A DNA stretch of 40,008 bases from an uncultured Gammaproteobacteria bacterium. Lineage in GTDB: Bacteria > Patescibacteriota > Patescibacteriia > UBA11705 > JABHMO01. Each line of letters starts with the position of its first letter. Position 1 is the first letter of the stretch. This document shows, in pieces, positions 31,616-37,990 of the stretch. Made by a program: the position numbers and the translations under genes. The stretch covers positions 1 through 40,008 of the forward strand of contig CAZPYM010000004.1 of assembly GCA_964590105.1 (NCBI GenBank). The letters are read 5' to 3'. Below the pieces are notes generated by a model. That model was given only the letters and a program-made list of their open reading frames with translations. It made no database searches and had not been told where the DNA came from.

Positions 31616-31798
31616 TCATATCAAAAGCCAATCTTGAATCCCGCCGCTAAGATCAAGAACATACTGCCCCGCGGAAATGCAATTTAAACAGTATTTGTAA
31701 AATTTTGAATACTCATTAATTTTATGCATTACAAGGCCTGCAAAACAATTGCAAGCCTTTTTCGACCCGGCCTTTTCATGGTTCACCTCCATTGCCAT
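31616..31798 (-). CDS. small Cys-rich ORF (60 aa), possibly a rhodanese C-terminal remnant; an alternative SD-led 16-codon ORF lies at 31729-31779
   Basis: The C-terminus YVLDLSGGIQDW resembles the rhodanese LxGGxxxW end. The 60-aa frame has no SD. GGAGGTGAACC precedes an out-of-frame ATG at 31779 encoding MKRPGRKRLAIVLQAL. Confidence 0.3.
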   Translation of the reverse strand: MAMEVNHEKAGSKKACNCFAGLVMHKINEYSKFYKYCLNCISAGQYVLDLSGGIQDWLLI

Positions 31799-31968
31799 TG
31801 ACTGAATCTCAAAATGCCTTGCCTGCCCACAAACAGTTCTGGCCTTTCGTTTTTTAAGGCTCGCTGATATTGTCTTGTGAATCCTTGTGTTTTACACTAA
31901 ATTATAATATAATTTTATAAGTAGCGAATAAAACGGTTTGCGAACAATGGAAAAACTGCGTTCAATAT

Positions 31969-32663
31969 ATGTCTCAAATAAAACTACAATTCATAAAAAA
32001 TTTCCAAAAAGAATATTGGTTTATAAAAAATAAACTCAACGCCGCAGAGAAAGAAATTGGAAAAAAAAGATTTGCTTTAATTGTTAATTATAATATTCCA
32101 AATTGCTACAACAAAGACAAAAAAAAATTATTTCAGGTCTAATTGTATATTTTGACCGCAACCGTGAACAAATTCAAAAACAAATATCAAAAAAAGCAAC
32201 CGCAATGGAAAAAAGATGGAAAAAATATGGCAATGCATTCTTTGAGCAAGTAAGAGAAGCAACAAAAGTTAGATGGCGCCATAGGACATACAAGAGCCAC
32301 TTCGTATATTCGTGTTTTTGGGGTGGAGATTATGATATCAATAAAAACAACATCTATATTAATCCCCTCATTCCCCAGGGAGATCCGCTGTATGTTATTT
32401 TTCATGAACTGTGTCACTTGCACTACTGGGAATACATCTATTCCGAACACTCCGCCAGCTTCATTAAAAAAAACCATCAGTTATTATGGAAACTATCAGA
32501 AGTAATGGTAAACTATCCCCTCCGGAAAATAAAAATCAATTATCGTTTTCCAATGGTAATTCCGCCCAATCTAAAACATTTCAGTTCCGCCATCATAAAA
32601 TCATTCTCCACTGAAGAATTCGCAAAGATTATTAAACAAACAATAAATATAAAAGCCAAGTAG
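31969..32663 (+). CDS. HExxH (HELCH) putative zinc metallopeptidase, split by a frameshift in an A9 run (32119-32127)
   Basis: A 57-codon ATG ORF (31969-32142, frame 1) and the ORF-track ORF (32103-32663, frame 0, TTG start only) overlap at the A9 run. One extra A would fuse them as ...NKDKKKIISGLIVYF... Motif VIFHELCHLHYWE. Confidence 0.55.
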
Positions 32664-32730
32664 ATGCCACTTGGCTTTTATCTGTGAGATGTGGTGAATT
32701 TATTTTATCAAAAAAGTTATTTTGCTTTTT

Positions 32731-33432
32731 TTATTTTTTCTGCGCCATTACAAACAACCGAGCCGCGCCACGAATTTTTTTTCTTCCATTCAAATCCGAA
32801 CAAAACGATATTGAGCCGAATCCACTACCTTTGGCTAATTTTTGTATTTCTTTCATGGAATATAATCTTTCTATATGTCTTTCGCGAAAGACTTTTCCTT
32901 TATCCGCAATTATTATGTCTGCCTGCCAAAACTTTCCCTTTACCTTATTCACCATAGTAATATTATCTTTTTTGATCACTGGCGGTAATATTTTAAAATT
33001 AGTATTAAAATCAAAAATAAAAAAACCTTCGCTCTCCAAGTGCCCGGAAATATTTTTAAAAAATGCTCCCATTTCGCTCAAAGTCAATAAATAGTTAATG
33101 GAATCAAACGTTGAAACAATTATATTAAACTTCTCTTTTATCCGAAAATCGGCAAACGATCGCGTATAAAAAGCCACGCCCTTATTTCTTTTTTTGGCAA
33201 TTGAAACCATACCCGGCGAGCAATCAAACCCAGAGATAGCCGCGGCCGGAAATTGTTTTTGAAATTCTTTAATAAACAAGCCGGTACCGCAAGCCGCATC
33301 TAATAACTGAATCTTGTTAATTCGCCGTTCAGTAATTATTTTTTTAATAAAAATCACATAATCACGGTAAAAATCGCGATCATAAATTTCGTCATAATGT
33401 CTTGAAAACTTTTGGTAGCAGTTTGCTCTCAT
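32731..33432 (-). CDS. class I SAM-dependent methyltransferase (233 aa)
   Basis: Motif I LLDAACGTGLF, motif post-I GFDCSPGMV, and typical size. Confidence 0.85.
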   Translation of the reverse strand: MRANCYQKFSRHYDEIYDRDFYRDYVIFIKKIITERRINKIQLLDAACGTGLFIKEFQKQFPAAAISGFDCSPGMVSIAKKRNKGVAFYTRSFADFRIKEKFNIIVSTFDSINYLLTLSEMGAFFKNISGHLESEGFFIFDFNTNFKILPPVIKKDNITMVNKVKGKFWQADIIIADKGKVFRERHIERLYSMKEIQKLAKGSGFGSISFCSDLNGRKKIRGAARLFVMAQKK

Positions 33433-33477
33433 AAATATAAATTCCTGGCAATCCGAAAGGCTGCCAGGACGTGAGCG

Positions 33478-34866
33478 CTATAATCCCTCTAAAGGGATAC
33501 CATTCTTCTGAAGAAATGGTCTTGCTACTTCAACAAAAAACCTAACTGCCTGGCAAGCATAATCATCGCGAGAATTGTAAAAATCACCATGAAGAAAATA
33601 TGCATTTGCCCGACAACCCGTTGCACAATATTTCCGCAATTCGCAATCCTTACACCCCTCAACGTCACCAATCCGGATTTCTTTTACTTGCTGCATGGCC
33701 GATGAGTACCAAATTTCAGCAAGTGAATTTTTTCGAACATTACCGACTGGGAAATCCGAACAATAGGCACAAGAAACAACATCCCCGTTCGGCTTAATAC
33801 AACAAGTTTCTCGTTTATCTTCATAATCACAAACGAAATCCTTATCAGATAGTGCTTGTAAATTACCAAACAGTTCTTCACGATAAAGATATTCTATCTG
33901 TAAATGAAACGTACGACCTTCGTGAAAATGGTGTTGTAGCAAAGAAAAGGCTGCATTCGTCATTTCTACCCAAGATAGGCCATACTCTTTGGCCCCAACA
34001 TCCTTAAAGTACCCCATTTCCTTTGGGTAACCAATTCTCCAGCTTTTGACGCCCATGCTTTTTACGATATTATACATCGCAGGAAGAGTATCAATATTAA
34101 GTCGGTTCATTACTGTATTAATCACCACTGATATACCACTAGCAACAAGAGCCTGAATGTTTCCAAGGATTGTGGCCAGTGCAACTTTAGCATTCGTCTG
34201 AGAAAGACCACGGAATCGCATACCTTCAACTGTTATAGAATCCAAACTGACAAAAACCGTTGGATTACTTCTTGTTTTAAGAATATTTCCAATTTTTTGC
34301 TCATCAAGCAAAATAGCATTAGTAAAAACAGAAATAATTCGGATCTCCCTGTCTTCAAACAGCTTCATCATCGGAAATAAATCATCCTGTAAAAATGGCT
34401 CCCCACCACTTACGCTAACACCCTGCACAAGCAGTTCCCTCATTTCTTCTGCCAGCCGCTCGATTTCAGCGAAAGTCAAATTTTCGTCTTTATTGTATCT
34501 TTCCCCTTGGTAGCAATGTACACACCTAAGATTGCAACTGCTACGAACCTCCAGATGCACAATCTGGAGTCCCCTATTAGGCGGTAATTTGTTCGGAAGT
34601 ATGCGCAAGGCTGGACCTTCTGTTTTTTTAACAATGCCCTTCTTCACAAGCTCATCGTGAAATACTTGCGCCACCGGGCGTGATTCTACGTCAAAAAGCT
34701 TAAGAATGTCTACGCCTCGGCGTTGACCATTGCACATTGAAAGAAACTCAAATTGTCCTTCCTGTAGCTCAAATCTCAATCCATCCGTGACTCGCATCAG
34801 TACAGGACTTGACTCATATCCCTTGAGTGAATACTCAGGTGAAAGAATCAGATATTTTTTTGTCAT
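33478..34866 (-). CDS. radical SAM/SPASM-domain peptide maturase with N-terminal PqqD/RRE-like domain (462 aa)
   Basis: RBS GGAGCAGGAGGGACGGCA. CNLRCVHC (Cx3Cx2C). C-terminal Cys-rich SPASM region (CCIKPNG..SCAYC..., CKDCELRKYCATGC). About 95 aa precede the SAM motif. Confidence 0.9.
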   Translation of the reverse strand: MTKKYLILSPEYSLKGYESSPVLMRVTDGLRFELQEGQFEFLSMCNGQRRGVDILKLFDVESRPVAQVFHDELVKKGIVKKTEGPALRILPNKLPPNRGLQIVHLEVRSSCNLRCVHCYQGERYNKDENLTFAEIERLAEEMRELLVQGVSVSGGEPFLQDDLFPMMKLFEDREIRIISVFTNAILLDEQKIGNILKTRSNPTVFVSLDSITVEGMRFRGLSQTNAKVALATILGNIQALVASGISVVINTVMNRLNIDTLPAMYNIVKSMGVKSWRIGYPKEMGYFKDVGAKEYGLSWVEMTNAAFSLLQHHFHEGRTFHLQIEYLYREELFGNLQALSDKDFVCDYEDKRETCCIKPNGDVVSCAYCSDFPVGNVRKNSLAEIWYSSAMQQVKEIRIGDVEGCKDCELRKYCATGCRANAYFLHGDFYNSRDDYACQAVRFFVEVARPFLQKNGIPLEGL

Positions 34867-34884
34867 TGCCGTCCCTCCTGCTCC

Positions 34885-34924
34885 AAAAAATATTGGCGGG
34901 GTCTATTTAGAACAGATCCCCGCC
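34885..34924 (-). terminator. intercistronic hairpin plus T-run between the short ORF and the rSAM gene (attenuator-type terminator)
   Basis: Minus strand reads GGCGGGG-ATCTGTTCTAAATAGA-CCCCGCC followed by AATATTTTTTGG. Confidence 0.65.
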
Positions 34925-34956
34925 ATCGTTGATGGTTTCACTGACAGGACCACATT

Positions 34957-35061
34957 CTACGTGCCGGGAGGGCTCGCATTCAGCGCCTGTGTCAACCGAT
35001 AGTTGATCAACTTCTTGCGAAGTTTACCAACCGTCATCCTGAACTTCGGTTTCTTTTTCAT
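34957..35061 (-). CDS. 34-codon ORF, candidate precursor peptide MKKKPKFRMTVGKLRKKLINYRLTQALNASPPGT
   Basis: AGGAGGTGATTGGC then ATG at 35061; TAG stop at 34957-34959. It is below the ORF-track length cutoff and I translated it by hand. Confidence 0.5.
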   Translation of the reverse strand: MKKKPKFRMTVGKLRKKLINYRLTQALNASPPGT

Positions 35062-35092
35062 GCCAATCACCTCCTTTCAATTGGCTCTCATT

Positions 35093-35108
35093 CTTAGCGA
35101 CCGCTAAG
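35093..35108. promoter_or_regulatory. palindrome CTTAGCG-AC-CGCTAAG in the 5' leader of the rSAM operon (candidate operator)
   Basis: Read directly. It lies between the predicted -10 and the RBS. Confidence 0.35.
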
Positions 35109-35144
35109 GTTAAATTTAAAGGACACGTCAATTCCCTTTATTTT

Positions 35145-35172
35145 ATTGTAAACCTTCAACCTAATTTGTCAA
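35145..35172 (-). promoter_or_regulatory. promoter of the rSAM operon (TTGACA, 16 nt, TACAAT)
   Basis: Minus-strand TTGACA at 35167-35172 (a second overlapping copy at 35174-35179) and TACAAT at 35145-35150. Confidence 0.55.
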
Positions 35173-35251
35173 CTGTCAATTCACTTTGATATCCGCCATC
35201 TATATCAATTTCATCGCATACTCAACCAACTTTACTAAATTTTAATTTTCC

Positions 35252-35284
35252 CGGGCAGGCCATTCGACCTGCCCGTTTTTTTTT
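35252..35284 (+). terminator. strong plus-strand intrinsic terminator with no annotated plus-strand gene upstream
   Basis: CGGGCAGG-CCATTCGA-CCTGCCCG followed by nine T. Confidence 0.6.
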
Positions 35285-35370
35285 CAAACGCCTTAATGCG
35301 GACTTTCATATTTGGCCGCGCTAACCGGCGGCCGCAAATCAACTCGGCTATGCGCCGAATTAAATATTCA

Positions 35371-35562
35371 TCAACGCCTCGCCCTTTTCCTTCCGGCCAG
35401 CGCCAGAAGACACATGATGATTATGAATTGGCATCGCTTTTTCTGTTTTGCCTCTTCATAATCGAGCGGCTCAATGTCAGCCGGCTCATGATAGTCAAAG
35501 AACAAAGCCTCAATGGTTTTACTTTCACTGTCTGGCCATTGGCCATCGGATCCTTTGACCAT
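35371..35562 (-). CDS. small protein (63 aa): acidic N-terminal half, one C-terminal hydrophobic helix, basic tail
   Basis: RBS GAGGAGGGGAATC. ...KKRCQFIIIMCLLALAGRKRARR. TGA stop. Confidence 0.55.
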   Translation of the reverse strand: MVKGSDGQWPDSESKTIEALFFDYHEPADIEPLDYEEAKQKKRCQFIIIMCLLALAGRKRARR

Positions 35563-35606
35563 GATTCCCCTCCTCGCTCAATCGGCGGCTAAAAATTATC
35601 CGCCCG

Positions 35607-36029
35607 TTACTTTCCGCTCCGTTCATCTGCGCCGGATCGCGCCACGCTCCACAAGCGGAAAAACATCCGCCTCATATCCTCGGCAAAAGAAGCGTTGTCA
35701 ATCACGAAGTGTTCATCGCCGTCCGATACGGCCACGCTCTCGCCAAGAATCAGCATTTCGGTTTTGAAATCGTACTCGCCAACCGGCAAATATCTGATTT
35801 CAACTTTGGAATCGCCGACCAGCAGAGCTTGCAAGCGCGGATTCAATTTCGCTTCATGAGCGACATAGAGGATTTTGAATTCCGAGGCTCTTTTCAAAAG
35901 CGCCTCAACATGTTCAGCTTCATAGAAGCGCCCAAAGCGCTCCTCATTAAAAATGTTCAGGGCTTCGCCCTGCGCGCGAGCCAATACCGCCTCGCGTAAA
36001 CCGTTGAGATCGACACTTTTCTTTTTCAT
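35607..36029 (-). CDS. hypothetical protein (140 aa)
   Basis: RBS CAGGAGGGCGAGAG then ATG. No motif recognised. Confidence 0.65.
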   Translation of the reverse strand: MKKKSVDLNGLREAVLARAQGEALNIFNEERFGRFYEAEHVEALLKRASEFKILYVAHEAKLNPRLQALLVGDSKVEIRYLPVGEYDFKTEMLILGESVAVSDGDEHFVIDNASFAEDMRRMFFRLWSVARSGADERSGK

Positions 36030-36114
36030 CTCTCGCCCTCCTGACTTGACCGTGCCGAAAAAGCGCCATCATTGGACAACTCCGCTATAGCGAATTATAT
36101 CGCCATAACGCCAC

Positions 36115-36142
36115 ATAATATCACACTCAAAAAATTTGTCAA
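36115..36142 (-). promoter_or_regulatory. promoter for 36029-35371 operon (TTGACA, 16 nt, TATTAT)
   Basis: Minus-strand TTGACA at 36137-36142 and TATTAT at 36115-36120. Confidence 0.5.
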
Positions 36143-36172
36143 GCCCCACGCCCTCCCGATACAGTTAAATGG

Positions 36173-36192
36173 CTATTTTTAGCTAAAAATAG
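36173..36192. promoter_or_regulatory. 20-bp perfect palindrome CTATTTTTAG/CTAAAAATAG in a divergent intergenic region
   Basis: Read directly. It lies 30 nt upstream of the -35 at 36137-36142. Confidence 0.4.
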
Positions 36193-36495
36193 ACCTACTA
36201 TTTATCAAGTTTTTTAACCGCCATTGACAAATATTTTTTGTCGTGCTATCCTTTTGTGTTTATTTCACTATACCAAATAATAGCGCTATGAGGCCAGGCA
36301 ATAGAAAAGATTTAATCTCTATCAAATCAACCAACAAATTGCGCGTCAGCTGCATTGTTGCTTATCTTAGAATTTATGCTAAATATAGAAAAGTTAAAGC
36401 TATTCTGTGTCATTATTTCATTGAAAAAAAATAATCGCGATTCTTTTACTATTCAGGCAAATGTGATAAAATGATTTTAGGAGACAACTAAATAT

Positions 36496-36786
36496 ATGCC
36501 CAAAAAACAAAAAAGCGCTTGGATCAATGAAGCCAGCACGGACATGTTCCGCACGATTTTGAAACTAAAAACGCTGACTGAAGCGCAAAATTTTTTCCGC
36601 GACTTGTTGACGGAGGCGGAAATTCGCGAATTTTCCAATCGCTGGAAAGCGGCCCAAATGCTGCATAAAAAAATCCCCTTTGCTCAAATCACAAAAGCCA
36701 CCCGCATGAGCCCGAATACAATCGCCAGAATAAATCGCTGGCTGAAAAAAGGGCATGGGGGATACAGGAAAATGCTGAAACGGTAA
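36496..36786 (+). CDS. TrpR-related YerC/YecD-family small DNA-binding protein (96 aa)
   Basis: FFRDLLTEAEIREFSNRW, ITKATRMSPNTIARINRWLKKGHGGY matches the family pattern as I remember it. Confidence 0.75.
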   Translation: MPKKQKSAWINEASTDMFRTILKLKTLTEAQNFFRDLLTEAEIREFSNRWKAAQMLHKKIPFAQITKATRMSPNTIARINRWLKKGHGGYRKMLKR

Positions 36787-36803
36787 TCATTGCAACAAAA
36801 AAC

Positions 36804-36836
36804 CGAGCCGTCAAACAGGCTCGAGTTTTTTATTTT
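36804..36836 (+). terminator. intrinsic terminator after the YerC-like gene
   Basis: CGAGCC-loop-GGCTCG followed by AGTTTTTTATTTTTT. Confidence 0.75.
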
Positions 36837-37166
36837 TTAATCTTATTTTGTGATAACCATTCAAAAAGTCAACCCTTGCCAACCAAAACTTTCAGCCGAG
36901 CGTTTTGCCGTCGCCCCAGTCAGCCGTCTTGTGTAGGCGGGATTCCCGAATCCCGCCACCCTCCCCGACGTCAAGATATTTCATCCCTTATTGCAAATTA
37001 ATCCAAAGTCATTCCATCGAAATAAATTACAAAATAAAACTTGTCAAACCACCTCGACATAAAAATTGTTAATTAAAGGAACAATCATCTCCCTATAATA
37101 ATTATTGATGAAAGTGGATAACATTTTTCTGGCGTTTCGAAAAATTAAAACGCACAATGGATATGT

Positions 37167-37790
37167 ATGCAAATACGAGAACGAAAATTAAACCGGTATG
37201 GCGCTATTGATTATTCATTGCCGGGATTTTATTTTATCACCATTTGCATTGCTGAACACGAGAAATATTTTGGTACAATAACCAACAAAAAAATGTACTT
37301 TAATAAATACGGCGGTCTGGCAAATGTTTATTTGCAAATGATCCCCAATTATTACCAAAATGTGGTTGTTGATTGTTTTGTTGTTATGCCGAATCATATA
37401 CACGCGATAATACAAATCAAACCGCCGTCGTCAATCGCCATCCGGGTAGGGACAGAATTTAATTCTGTCCCTACCAACCCCGACGCAACCAACCCCGACG
37501 CAACCAACCCCGACGCAACCAATCCCGGCGCAACCAATTTGACGGCGCGCACAAAACAAACCAGAAATTATGGGTTATTATCAAAAATCGTGAAATCATT
37601 TAAACATGATTTCACCAAAACAATCAAATGTTTATATAAAAATCACGAATTCAAATGGCAGAGGTCATTTCATGATCATTGGATACGCAATGAAATCGGT
37701 TTAACTAATATCCGTTCATACATCCGGCGTAATCCGGAAAAATGGAATTCGGATCGAAATAATGACGCCCATCGTAGGGACAAAATTTAA
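37167..37790 (+). CDS. REP-associated tyrosine transposase / IS200-like Y1 transposase family protein (207 aa)
   Basis: HUH motif VVMPNHIHAIIQI. C-terminal FKWQRSFHDHWIRNE...IRSYIRRNPEKW with the catalytic Tyr region. Confidence 0.85.
   Translation: MQIRERKLNRYGAIDYSLPGFYFITICIAEHEKYFGTITNKKMYFNKYGGLANVYLQMIPNYYQNVVVDCFVVMPNHIHAIIQIKPPSSIAIRVGTEFNSVPTNPDATNPDATNPDATNPGATNLTARTKQTRNYGLLSKIVKSFKHDFTKTIKCLYKNHEFKWQRSFHDHWIRNEIGLTNIRSYIRRNPEKWNSDRNNDAHRRDKI
37471..37545 (+). repeat. about five tandem 15-nt units (CAACCAACCCCGACG) encoding (TNPDA)n inside the RAYT gene
   Basis: Three near-perfect and two decaying copies, read directly. In frame. Confidence 0.9.
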
Positions 37791-37800
37791 TTTTGTCCCA

Positions 37801-37869
37801 CTTCTCCCGCCGCCCTTCTCCCGCCGCCCTTCTCCTGTCAATTATTTCATGTTCTATGTTCTATGTTCT
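37801..37869 (+). repeat. 2.7 copies of CTTCTCCCGCCGCC (37801-37839) followed by three perfect ATGTTCT heptamers (37849-37869)
   Basis: Read directly, just downstream of the RAYT stop. Confidence 0.85.
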
Positions 37870-37874
37870 ATATT

Positions 37875-37929
37875 CGCCCCCGCCGTGGCGGGTGGCGAGC
37901 TTGACAATCTTTTCCCCTCATGCTAACTT
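37875..37929 (+). promoter_or_regulatory. GC-rich hairpin followed by TTGACA, 17 nt, TAACTT (candidate promoter of the 306-aa lipoprotein gene)
   Basis: CGCCCCCGCCGTGGCGGGTGGCG at 37875-37897. TTGACA at 37901-37906. TAACTT at 37924-37929. Confidence 0.35.
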
Positions 37930-37990
37930 GTGATATGATATATATGGTTCTTTTTGCCAACTTCGCTCACCAAAAACAGAGGAGAAAATC

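Larger units (their letters stand above)
36933..37799 (+). mobile_element. REP/RAYT-type locus: Y1 (HUH) transposase gene plus three GTAG-headed hairpins
   Basis: Hairpins at 36933-36957 (GTAGGCGGGATTCCCGAATCCCGCC), 37446-37474 (GTAGGGACAGAATTTAATTCTGTCCCTAC) and 37774-37799 (GTAGGGACAAAATTTAATTTTGTCCC). No terminal inverted repeats or target duplications seen. Confidence 0.6.

Noticed and set aside
34730-35002. 90-aa plus-strand ORF antisense to the rSAM 5' end and the short precursor ORF
   Set aside because: It has no RBS, overlaps two well-supported minus-strand features and the attenuator hairpin, and its translation has no recognisable features.
36243-36434. 63-aa plus-strand ORF upstream of the YerC-like gene
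   Set aside because: It is AT-rich, has a GTG start without an RBS, and its composition is typical of random intergenic sequence. The region is more likely promoter or leader.
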